DNA of 64,000 nt from an uncultured Nitrososphaeraceae archaeon (GCA_963825865.1 CAWGVG010000046.1:1-64000), one strand, 5' to 3'. Positions 35,244 to 46,603 are shown, numbered from the stretch's first letter. Numbers and translations: made by a program. The notes: generated by a model not told the origin, from the letters alone.

Positions 35244-36882
35244 ATGCAGATTCCGGGTATATCTGATCTCTTAGATAAAGGAACTATTCCTGATAGCGTG
35301 CTACTCCTTACCGGTCCTGCTGGAGCAGGCAAAAGTATGTACTGCAGACAGTTCTTTGCAGACGGCTTATTTGACAGAGATTATTGTATTTATGTCAGCT
35401 CCAATTTAACTGATAAGCAGTTTAGAAGTCAATTCTCTAATATTGAAAAGTTAAAGCTAATTGAAAATTCCAAATTTATAAACCCATATCTATACCACAC
35501 AGATCACCTTAATAGTCAAGAATATTCTTCTCCTTCGTCTTCGTCGTCGTCGTCTTCTTCTTCCTATTCATTTACCATTTCTGATAAAAAGAATGAAGAT
35601 AATGATGATAAAACAGGTGGTGGCGGATTGGACAATGACAACATCAAAAAATTATCATTGACTTTAGCAGAAATTCGTGATGATCTAATCAAGGCAAAAA
35701 AATTTGTCCGTGACGATAATAATAATAATAATGTCAGTATTAATAATAATATTCATCATCCTGCATATCCTTTTTCTTCTTCTTCTTCTCCAGATGGCAA
35801 TAATAGGTCTGTTCGCCTGATTGTTGATTCTCTGACACACCTTTTGGTGCTATTTGGACAAAGCGCTGTGTTGAAATTCGTCAACGATCTCTCTTTTCTT
35901 TTGAAAGAGTTTGGAGCAATGGCAATTTTTACATTGACTACTCCATTATCAAATGAGTATTTGACCAATGCTTTAAGTTCTATTTTCGATGGCATAATTG
36001 AAATGAAGCTTGAAGAACATGGTGGATCTATGACTAGGAGTATCAGACTGCTTTCGATCAAGGGTCTGCACCATAACCCTTCATGGATCAATTTCAAAAT
36101 CTCTGATGATGGCAGCCTGGCATTTGCTGACCAATCGTCTTCGTTGACCTGTATGTTATGTGGAAAATCAATTTTGGGCACACCTATATTTGATTCTGAA
36201 TTTACATTTGACAGTCAAAGCTGTTTAGAAACATACAAAAAACTTGCAGTAGTTTATGGTTCGAATATATCAGAAATTGGACTACCCTCAGAGGTCGTAA
36301 ATGTGAACTTTTTCTTTATAGACATAGTAAGCCTTTCAGATCCTTCTTTATCTATTAAAAAACAAAGAGAAAAGATCGAGGTCCTGAACAAAATGATTGG
36401 TTCTTGTGATGCCTACTTCAGAACACCCAGGGACAAGAAGATTATTCTCCCCACAGGAGATGGCATGGCTATAGGTTTTTTGTTGAATATAGAGCTACCT
36501 TTTCAACTTAGTATTCAACTCCACCGAAAACTTAGGGCATACAATCGTGGCAAATCCCCCGAAGAATTTATTGGAGGTACGAATCGGTTTAAGTTCTGGC
36601 CCTGTGTTTGTAGTCAATGACATAAACGATAGGCAGAATGTATGGGGACCAGGGATTATACTTGCCCGCCGCGTTATGGACATAGGTGATAACTACCACA
36701 TATTATTAGCAGAAAGAATAGCTGAGGAATTGATTGCACTCAAAGATGAATACAGAGCATCCATAAAACCCGTCGTCGATTATCAGATTAAACATGGCCA
36801 AACAATCAAATTGTATTCGGCTTTCTCGAAGGAATTTGGAAACCCAAAACCACCAGCAAAGATTATTGAACGTTATTATTAA
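35244..36882 (+). CDS. KaiC/RAD55-like ATPase fused to a TRASH-like domain and a class III nucleotidyl cyclase (frameshift near 36572)
   Basis: GPAGAGKS, RLIVDSL, FDGIIEM, RSIRLLSIKG; CMLCGK..FDSQSC; FFIDIV, PTGDG, VRIGLSSGPV, NVWGPGIILARRVMD, IKHG. Confidence 0.88.
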
Positions 36883-37395
36883 AAGAGAAAGTACACTAAA
36901 GCAAGCGAAATAAAAAATTTATTAGAGAAAACACACTTCTTTGAACTTCCTTCAAAGCTGTGACAGTCTTCTTCTAAAACAACAAGAGGCGCAGCTGATT
37001 ATTTTGTATATAAAATCACAATTCAAAATAATAATAATAATAATAATAATCAAAGCCAACACTCTGTGGAATGCAATGATGTCAATATTCAACCCACTCT
37101 CAGACCGCTTATTGATATTTTGACCAAATATTTGCGAAAATGACGTAACAAGTATTGGCTACACTGTATATAGCTATCTTTAATTGTCAGGTCAGATAAA
37201 TTTTAGCAATATCAAATATTTTCTTGCCAGAAAGAGAGACATGTTGTATAATAAACGATTTTTTAGCATCACCATTTCTTTGACCATATTTCTGACATAC
37301 TCCCTACGTTAAAGCCTTGGGGTTCTGGTGTCTGTATCGTTTTCTACAGTTGCACCTTTAAGCGTATCAGTGCTCGCTTTCCAATGTATCTCTGT

Positions 37396-38260
37396 CTACA
37401 TTGGATTGATCTCTGGTGGATATGCGCAATACGATATCGGTTTGCCAATATTGAACGACGCATTAACATCTCCATGATCAACGTGTCCATTTGGACACTC
37501 AAATCTTTTATCGTCTCTTTTGCCTATATGTCCACACCTAGAACATGTTTTTGACGTATAGCGTGGATCAATATATTCAACGATTATCCCTTGCAGCTTG
37601 TCCTTGTATTCTATAAACTTCTGAAGTTGATAGAATGACCAACTGTTCAAAGAATAACGAAAACTTTTGACATGCCTCTTGCCCTTTCGAATGTCCTGCA
37701 GTTTTTCTAGCCTTATACTAGATTTTGCACTACTTGCTGTTTCGACTATCTTTTTACTAATATGGTGGTTAAGGTTCCTAACGATCCTGCTTTCTCTATT
37801 TTTTATCTGTTTAACCTTTCTATACTTACCTCGTTTCTGCAATCCTTTCCTAATGTGTTTATATTTTGTATGAATATGCTCAGCAATCTTTCCTAATTTC
37901 CAAACCTTGCCTGTATCTGGATTTGATATAACTGCTATATGACCTGTAGTATTCAAGTCCACTCCAAGATATCCGTTATTGTTAGCATAATAACATTGTT
38001 GGTGGTATTCTTCTTTTTCTTTGACTGAAACAGAAACATATGCATACTCTTCACCAATTTCTATCTGGTTTACATTTTCAAAAGAATGTGGAATTCGATA
38101 TTCAAACGAACACTTTAGACACGGTATGCTTATCATCCTTAAGACTCTAAATCTAGTTTAATGCCTTGATTTGGAATTGTTAATTTGATATTCTTCACCT
38201 GTCTGATTACTTTGTTTCTACCATACTTTCGAAGTATCTGGTTGGATATAGCTGACTTTA
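37396..38260 (-). pseudogene. tnpB: RNA-guided endonuclease TnpB, N-terminally truncated
   Basis: LGVDLN, NHHISKKIV, IRLEKL, WSFYQLQKFIEYK, TSKTCSRCG, DVNASFNI. Confidence 0.9.
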
Positions 38261-38450
38261 TGATGTCCATACCAAGGACATCATATCCATACTCTTGTCT
38301 GCTTACCTAGAATCAGTTCTTTCAGCCTTGAAGCAATATCCTCTGTTAATACTTTCCTTCTATACTTTGGACAGAATATAACATGATACTGGGAGCTATA
38401 TACTAAATGGCTATCTGTCTTATACTGCTTTGGATAGTTCTGGATATACG
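38261..38450 (-). pseudogene. tnpA: IS200-type Y1 transposase TnpA, N-terminal fragment
   Basis: HLVYSSQYHVIFCPKYRRKVL; ends before the HUH motif. Confidence 0.9.
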
Positions 38451-39100
38451 TATTAATTATATGATAATCATGTATATAATGATTTAGATATATGTTGTAG
38501 TAATGCCGCAATTCATCAAGTCTCTAAGAGAGCTGGCTTTCTTGCGTCTTCCAGTAAGATTCTTATCATATAGAAAAAGTGAGAATAAGAAATAGAATTG
38601 GTGATGAGATCTGTGTGATATCAAATAGTACATTATCTACATTTTCTCTGAACCTTTTTATTTTCTCAAACAACAACATTTTCTTTTCTTTTCTTATCTC
38701 TTCATCCATCATCCATCCATACTTTCATAAACTCAATTGTAAATCCCACTGTCATACTAACTGTTAATAGTACACCAAGGTTTGCCATTGCTCAGTCATT
38801 ATATGGTCGCCGACATATCCAATAGTACGTCCTACTCCAGTATTGGTTGGAACTTGAGAAGTTGTATTTGCAAGGAACAAATTTCCTAGAGATTGTTTTT
38901 TTGTATAGAACTCTATAGTTAATTCAAAGTATAAAGATATGGAATTGTGTCTTTTTTATTTTTAAACAAAGCATATTTAATTATTATTATTATTATTAGA
39001 ATGAAAAACTTCTCATTAACTGCAGTTACTGCAGTAACTGCAAAAGTGACTGCAGGCAAGCCAATAATAATGCAAAAGAAAGTTTTAAGGAGTGAAGGTG

Positions 39101-39237
39101 CTTGACCGGAAAGGAAAAACAATGGTAATGTCCACATTGTTCTGAAACCTCAGATAGACCTTGGAATTTAAAAATCCATATTGCGAACTTTCATGATAAA
39201 CGTAGTTTATTATACACCCTAGTGGAAATGGAGTAAG
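39101..39237 (+). pseudogene. C2H2 zinc-finger remnant
   Basis: KQW*CPHCSETSDRPWNLKIHIANFH. Confidence 0.55.
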
Positions 39238-39678
39238 CAATACACCTTTGGTAAATCTTTTGTATATGATAAGTCAAGTGTCATTATTAATTTCAGTGTT
39301 ACTAGTCATTAGTCCTGGACCATTTGAAAGATAACTACGATCCTTAATTAAAGGAGGTTTAATTTTATGATTGACCTCTCTTCTGAAGATTCAGATAAAA
39401 GTTTCAATGCCTAGACACGCAGATTACACACCAAACTATTCCAATAGACTCCAAACCTTCTGGATTTCCATATGGAGAATGGACTGCCAATTCCTGGCAA
39501 TAGGCCTTATCAATTCCAAAAGATCATAATCCTCATTGACAGTTCTGCTAACATTGTGCTGAAGGACAAAACCATATTTGTAAACTTACTTTCTTGTTGT
39601 TGATACATATTTCTAAAAAATACTCTTTATTTAAACTTAATAGTTGTTAGAGAAGTGTATGTGTGTTGAAGCAGGAAC

Positions 39679-40418
39679 ATGATATTTGAGTTAATAAGTC
39701 GTAAATTTCAGTTTAAATTCAAAGATAGAGTTGCTGCCAGCTGACATCTTAGGAGAGTCTTTAAAGGGCAGAGTTAAAAATAGAGAAGAACAAAAAACTG
39801 CAGTCGTTTTGGGTATTCCACGGGGTGGAGTAATAACAGCTGATATTGTAGCAAAGAAGTTGTATACCCCTTTCTTTGATATTATTATTCCAAGAAAACT
39901 TACAGATCCGGATAACAAAGAGCAAGGAATAGGTGCCATTATGGAAGATGGTACTACATATATTGACCAGCAATTGATAAATGATTTGCAAATATCTTCA
40001 GAGTATGTAGAAAAAGAGAAACTAGAACAAATACAAGAGATTAAGCGCAGGACTGCATTATATCGTAATGATCCAACAAGAAAGGATTTTTTCAGTTCTT
40101 CTTTTCTTAAAGATAAGACTGTAATTTTAGTCGACGATGGAGCTGCAACTGGAGCAACCATTATTGCTGCCTGCCAGATGGATAAAGCAACTAGAAAACA
40201 AACCTAAACGTTTGATAATTGCTATTCCTGTAGCTCCAAAAAGCACAATAAACTTACTAAAGAAAGAATGTAACGCAGAAGTTGAAGTTGTAATCAGTCC
40301 ATCTTCTACATTTCATTCAGTCGAACAATACCATCAGAGCTTTCAACCCATTCCAGATGAACAGGTTATCAGAATTATGAAGGACAGAAACATATTACCA
40401 CCATATTCAACATCATAA
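39679..40418 (+). CDS. phosphoribosyltransferase family protein (frameshifted)
   Basis: FKDR, VLGIPRGGV, PRKL, VILVDDGAATGAT, IAIPVAP. Confidence 0.9.
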
Positions 40419-40789
40419 TTTTGGATATGGGTTCGTAACATCTTGTTATCTCATTATTTATATATAGATATATACACACCATCTGTTAGTAAAGCCGTAG
40501 TTTACAATACAACCTTTACTTAGCTTCTTATGAAATATAAAACAAGAGTAGAAGTATTATTGAAATCACTCACTCTTATAATGTATGATAATTAGGTAGA
40601 AATATAGATACTAATACAAAGCCTAAAGAACAACTAACACAGGTGATCATGATTTCCTAAGTCTTCCTAAGGCTTTCATGGTTTGGCAGGTATATCTTAC
40701 ACGTAATCACTTAGACAGGGAATATATGAGAGAAACAATATTTTTGGTTATCTGTTCTTTCCCTCCCTCTATTCTTTTTCTTCTCCTTG

Positions 40790-41089
40790 CTATATAGATT
40801 CGTCCTTTTGGTTATCTTCAGCAAGTGTGAATACAAAACGTGAGCCACAATATTCTTCAGATCCTTCTTTTTCCCAATTTACATTGTATGCACGTGTAAC
40901 TTGTTTTCCGATGATTTTAATAGTTTTAGGCAGATCAGAATACAGCTTCTCGACCTTTTCTGGACTCTTTGTCGTAAGCAGAGACCGGCGTCTTTTCATC
41001 AAATATTTTACTGCCACATTTCTATGAACTTGCCCTTCTACAGGAATCTGCTCCTTGCTGGTATCGATAGTAAATTGTCGTTTAGGCAC
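40790..41089 (-). CDS. conserved hypothetical protein
   Basis: intact 99-aa ORF, VAVKYLMKRRRSLL. Confidence 0.65.
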   Translation of the reverse strand: MPKRQFTIDTSKEQIPVEGQVHRNVAVKYLMKRRRSLLTTKSPEKVEKLYSDLPKTIKIIGKQVTRAYNVNWEKEGSEEYCGSRFVFTLAEDNQKDESI

Positions 41090-41584
41090 GGTTAATTTGT
41101 TAATATTTTGATCATGATTATCATAACTAATGGTTAACGCTATTTGATAAATCTGTCAACTACCACCAGCTAAAGCATGGTGGCTTGTAACTGCCGAAAA
41201 AAGAGGCGCTACAATAGGCTGATTGACTGCAGCCCTAGCATTAGGAGCAATATTTCTTGCTGCCACATAATCTGCCATTTCCTTGTATCCACATTGAAGA
41301 CATTCAAAGTCATTTCTTGATTTTCTGTTTCGTCTGTCTATGTATTCGCAAGATGGACATTGCCTTGAAGTGTTCTTTGAGTTTACAATCCTCAAAGGAA
41401 CGCCTTCCTTCTTTGCCTTATATGTTACAAAGTTTCTTAATTCTCCAAAACTCCATTTTGAATGTCTGTCTCTCTGGCTACGTCTAAAAACAGTTGTCCT
41501 CAAACGAATGTTAGTTAAAAGCTTATGTAAACACACGCGTAGTTATTTTCTGTAAACTATGACTAGTTATGTTCTTGTGCGTGT

Positions 41585-42591
41585 TGCTTTGTTGCATGAT
41601 TAATTATCTTGTAAGTGATACTTATTTGACCACTCACCATTTAGCTTGCTAGTATTAATTATTCTGGTATGGTTGACTGGCCTTGCTATAATGAATCACT
41701 AGTTAGGCGTGGTCAAGTACTCTTGGATTTTGATGTACTTGATCGATGGGATCATGAATTATGTCAAATGAACCTTGGTAAGGTTGGTGAGCCCTACTGC
41801 TACCCAAATTCATTTATTCAGCTTCTAGGTTACATGAGAGCATATTTCCATCTACCATATAGACAAACACAGGGTGTAGTCATAGCTCATGCAAGTAAAG
41901 AAGTATCAAACACACCACATTATAGTACCATTAATAGACGTATAAACAGGCTAGAGATTAAAATCGATGAAAAATTAGGAAATGATATTGTCATTGCTTT
42001 AGACAGCACCGGCATTAAGGTAGCTAATCGAGGGGAATGGATGCACCACAAATGGCATGTCAGAAAAGGATATCTAAAGATACACATAGCAGTTGATATC
42101 GAGAAGAAAAGAATTGTATCTCTGGAGGTAACAAGTGAAGAGGTACATGATGGTAAGATGCTAAAGAAGTTAGTAGACAATGCTTCTGAAAATAATAATC
42201 ATGTGAAGGGTATATTAGCAGATGGTATGTACGACAGCAATAAGAATTTTAGATACCTATCAAAGAACCACATTAAGCCTGGTATAAAGACAAGAAGTAA
42301 TTCCAAGGTCAAGTCAACTAACTGTCATGCTAGGAATATGTCTGTAGTAAGACAACAACAGACAAACCTCAAAAAATGGAAGCGTAGCGTGAGCTATGGG
42401 TACAGGTGGATAGCAGAAACAGCATTCTCTTCCATTAAAAGAACATTTGGTGAACATGTAACAGCTAGAAAGTTTCCTCACATGGTAAAAGAGATCCTCC
42501 TAAAGGCAGCTCTGTATAACATGTTCAATCGAAATGACCTGAGCTAACGGTTTGCATAACCTAAAATCCTAATGAATTATGCAACAGAGCA
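41585..42591 (+). mobile_element. IS5-family insertion sequence, copy 2
   Basis: same TIRs as copy 1; duplication tgtgcgtgt at 41576-41584 and 42592-42600. Confidence 0.95.
41669..42547 (+). CDS. IS5-family DDE transposase (intact)
   Basis: near-identical to 23561..24406; DSTG, ADGMYD, AETAFS. Confidence 0.95.
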   Translation: MVDWPCYNESLVRRGQVLLDFDVLDRWDHELCQMNLGKVGEPYCYPNSFIQLLGYMRAYFHLPYRQTQGVVIAHASKEVSNTPHYSTINRRINRLEIKIDEKLGNDIVIALDSTGIKVANRGEWMHHKWHVRKGYLKIHIAVDIEKKRIVSLEVTSEEVHDGKMLKKLVDNASENNNHVKGILADGMYDSNKNFRYLSKNHIKPGIKTRSNSKVKSTNCHARNMSVVRQQQTNLKKWKRSVSYGYRWIAETAFSSIKRTFGEHVTARKFPHMVKEILLKAALYNMFNRNDLS

Positions 42592-45546
42592 TGTGCGTGT
42601 TATTATAATCCTCGGTCCAATCCGATACTGCCTGTCCTATATCAGACTCATTTCCAAATGTACTGTTATCGATGGCTTTCCTTTGCATCCACATCCATCT
42701 TACCTCTATCATATTGAGTTCTGGCGATTTTGTAGGAAGGAACACAGGCACTATTCTTGGATGATGGTGTGCTAACGCTTCTCTTGTCTTCTTGGATTTG
42801 TGTATTATGGACGCGTTGTCAAGTACCATGAATATTCTTTTGATGCTTGAATCATAGACTGAATCCACTTTATTCATGAAATCGATGAACTGATTACTTT
42901 TCTTCTGTTGTTGGTAGCAGTGCGTTAACAACATTCTATCGTTTGTATAATCGTAAATGCCAAACACGTTCAACAAACCTTTTACTTTCTGATCATGTTC
43001 TATTTTGGTCTGAGTAGAACACCATGAAGAACCACCATATGTTTTAGCTGCTATGGGTCCTTTTTCATCCTGAAATAACAGTACCTGAATATGCATTGGA
43101 GTTATTCTTCAGCTCTTCAATATGCTTTTTTTAAATCATAATCTGGGCCTTTGCTTTTACTACCTAGAACAATCTTGGAATGTCTCCACTCAATACCGTG
43201 TTTTAAAAGTACATTTCTTATTTCAGCATGACTAATGCTACCAACTATTTTCTTTTCCATAACGTACCCTGCTAGAACACGTAATGACCATGTAGAGAAT
43301 TTCAATCCTAGTTCCCTCGGGTTAGCCGATGCTATACTTACAATCTCGTTTTCTATATCATCTGTTATATTTAGAGCATCATGATCATGTTTCCTTGATG
43401 ATGATACAATGCCATCAATAATACCATGACCGTTGAATCTGTGTATCCATTTACGTATGTTATATTATCATGATGATTGGTTTTCCTTCTTATCTCAGGT
43501 ACCGTATATCCTTCATTCCGTAGAAGGATAATCTTGGCTCTATAACCTGCACCCTTACTACTATCGTCGTCAATCATGGCGTATAGTCTGTTCTTTTCTT
43601 CTTCAGTGATATCTCTGAGATAGGTCGGTCTCATAAAATCTTAGAATAACATGTCAGCTAAAGTTATTACTACAAAAATAATCTGCTGATTCAATCATAA
43701 TGTCTTTACAACATTAACATACAGACCGTTTTACAATGCTGTTAAATCTTCTAGCGCAATTGTTTGATTCGTGCCTTTAGCCTTTGAGACAATGGCCTTT
43801 GATATAACATGATTAGTATCTTTCTTAAAACGTCTTTCCTTACCAGAAACTTTCTTTAACTTTGTCTTTGCTGACTTGGTTCCAACTTTCTGTAATGTTG
43901 ATCTTTGTTTACTATAATGCTGTCTTGTTCGTTCTACATTCTTACTATTTCCAAACACCTGACGATCAGAATCAACGGCAATATTCTCAATTCATAAATC
44001 AACACCTAAAGCACCTACTGGATCATACCCTGATTTATCAGGTGTGTCAACTACGACAATAAGATAGATAACACCATTTTTGTATATTAAATCACATTGT
44101 CGTCTTACTACTCCCCTACTATCAAATCTTGCTTTCTGGTATTCACCTACTCTGGTAGCAAGCTTTAGTCTACCTTGTAAAGTCATTATAGATGCTCTGT
44201 CAATGTTTATTCTAGAATTACGCAAGTCGTATTGGATTGCTCCAAGTGATCTGAATGCTGGCCTGATATCTTTATTTCGTTTATATGCTTCTACAACTTT
44301 GCTTATTATCCTTATTGCAAATTGAGCGGTTAATCCAAACTTTTCTCTTATGTCCTTGTAGACTTGTTTTTACAGGTCATATTTGTTTGAAAGTCGTTGA
44401 GAGAACGCTATATCTGCCACATAATCAGCTGCTTTGTTATACCTTCTCATAGTCTCTAACAATATGGCCTTATCATTATCTGAGGTTTCAAGCCTAATCA
44501 TTAGAGACTGAAGCATCTTTTATTGAAGGAATATATCATTCAACGATGTATTTAGCTTTTATTACTGTATGTCGGCAATTCCTCCCAATCTTAAAAGTGG
44601 GCTTCCTTGCCGATTATCTGTGAATTTTAGTTATTTTTACGCAAAACTATAGATGATAGAAGTAGCAGGGTTTTATTATTTATTTCTGAATTTATTTTTA
44701 ACATTCATAATCTTTAAAAGCAAAGAATAAAGCAAGAAATTACTCGATGTTATCCAGGGGGGTTGTGTCGAAAAGGCATAGATCTTTCATTCCTTTGAAC
44801 ATTGCGGTCACTGCAACAAAAAAGTACCTATTCGTTTAAAGTACAAGCATTTGCATTAAAAAAAGAAAATGAAAGTCAATTCCCACATTCATATTATTTA
44901 CATGCAACAAGAAGAATTTTCAAAAGCATCTTCTTCGAAGGTTGGAGCAGCAGAGGTAATAACAATATACTGTCAAGCCCCTGTTTAAGATTTGCCAAAA
45001 ATCATCATGTGATACGGATCTTTCTTGATGTTTCTTAATTATGTTGATTCCATTATTTAGGAATCATTTCTTCATAAATAGAAGCTTAAAATAGTAACAC
45101 TATATCAGAAATAGGTTAAAGAATAATAGTGGCAATCAGTCCAATTAGTCAGTTGCATTGTCTAATTCTGGACAAGGGCTACCAGATACAGGTCGGCGAT
45201 TATCACAATAGCCTTGATTTTTCCACACTTAGTTCTTCCTTTAAGTAATCTTTTTTATTCCATTCTTACTATTAGATTTAAAAAATTGTCTGTCAGGTAT
45301 CAGACAATCATTAAATCAAGCCGAACAAAAATCGGAGCAGGTACTATCAAGACTATTATTCCTATGATTATATAAATCAGATACCAAATTGTCATATGCT
45401 AATTATTTTAAGAGCAATATAAGAAATAAGAAATTCCCATAACTTATCGTATACATTTTACTATAACTATCGAGACAATAATATTTAAGGCTACTTTACA
45501 GACCAAAGGCATGCCATTCATCAAATCTAAATGCCATTTTTTTAAG

Positions 45547-46387
45547 TCAATCGAACCCTACCTCCCACAATCGTTTATCTTTTGATAATATCGCAGGAAG
45601 TTCTTCTTTATAGTGGAATCCACATTCATCAAGGACTGATTCAAAATCAAACTTTACCTTAGTAAATACCTCTTCTTCTTTTTCCAGCCACGAGCATAAA
45701 CTTGCAATAACCTTATCTCTTATTTCGGGCCTCGTATATAAATACCAAAAATTATGTGCAGTACGGACTGTAGCCAATTCTTGCTTCTTCTTTTCATCTA
45801 TTATTGGCGAAGGCGTATAGAACTTATTCATTAATTCTGTATTGACATCTATCCAAGATGGTGTTCTCCACCAAGCTATTTTCTCAAATCCAAATTGGTC
45901 ATATTCACATCCTCCATTTATACCGCATTGGCCTCCGGCATCAAATGTGGTAATAATACACTTTGCAGATCGTGCCACAAATTGACGAAAATCTACTCCA
46001 GGTTCCATCCAACCTACAAATGCAACATCAAATGTTTTTGTTTCAACAAACCATTCCATAGGCAGCTGAATAGATATAATCGGGCCTAGGTTGCTGAAGA
46101 ATATAAAAAATGCTCCCGTCCTTTTCAATACCTATGGCAGTAGGAAGAAATTCTCTTATCTTTCTCAAAAAGTCACCGTAGCCGCAGCCAATATCTACAT
46201 AATCAGGGTTATGTGAAATTGATTTCGCAACTTGCACTATCCTCATTACATCGATTTTACGATAGGTAAAATATGACCCTGCAAAAAACGGAAAAATATA
46301 ACGTTCATGATACGGTAAAGGATTTAGAGCTTTGAATTGCTGATATGTCAGATAAGCTTTTTGCAGTTCATCTACTCTAAATGGCAT
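45547..46387 (-). CDS. class I SAM-dependent methyltransferase (frameshift near 46060)
   Basis: YVDIGCGYGDF, AIGIEKD, FDVAFVGWM. Confidence 0.75.
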
Positions 46388-46603
46388 CTATACTTCTTCT
46401 TCTTTTTAAAAGAATTCTCATATTCAGCCTCTTATATTTTCACCGAGTTCAACTTCAAATTTTAATAATAATATATCTATTTGTAAATAATTTAAATTTA
46501 ATTAAAGAATTTATATTATACAAAATCAAAGGCAAAACGGTCCCTCCATAACGCTGTTGAGAAAACCCAAAAGGCTTATTAAGTTCGACTATAATTTGCT
46601 GTT

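Larger units (their letters stand above)
37293..38555 (-). mobile_element. IS200/IS605-family element with internal deletion (ends approximate)
   Basis: tnpA and tnpB fragments; imperfect hairpins at ~37293-37327 and ~38505-38550. Confidence 0.8.
41523..43634 (-). pseudogene. IS630 transposase interrupted near its C-terminus by IS5
   Basis: HTH RAKIILL, WSLRVLA, FQDEKG, VLDNAS, FLPTKSPELNMIE; tail NNTHKNITSHSLQKITTRVFT* resumes below 41576. Confidence 0.88.
41518..43742 (-). mobile_element. IS630-family element inserted in tnpB
   Basis: TA on both flanks (41516-41517, 43743-43744); imperfect TIRs aaagcttatgtaaa / acagcattgtaaa; removal restores LEDL-TNIR. Confidence 0.85.
41156..44516 (-). 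pseudogene. tnpB: TnpB split by an IS630 insertion, with nonsense codons
   Basis: N-part 43743..44516 (LGVDL*, NHVISKAIV, IALEDL); C-part 41156..41517 (TNIR, WSFGELRNFVTYKA, TSRQCPSC, FECLQCG, ADYVAARNI). Confidence 0.92.
41155..44625 (-). mobile_element. tnpB-only IS200/IS605-family (IS1341-like) element carrying nested insertions
   Basis: right-end hairpin caagccaccatgctttagctggtggtagttgac (minus strand, 41155-41187); left-end hairpin cggcaa...ttgccg at ~44573-44612. Confidence 0.85.

Noticed and set aside
37396-44516. TnpB genes as possible Cas12-like effectors for the CRISPR mini-array
   Set aside because: Both have IS-type hairpin ends, are disrupted and lie more than 11 kb away; the repeat resembles type I/III repeats rather than type V
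44755-44983. cagggg...cccctg inverted pair suggesting a MITE
   Set aside because: Short imperfect match, no TSD, no second copy seen
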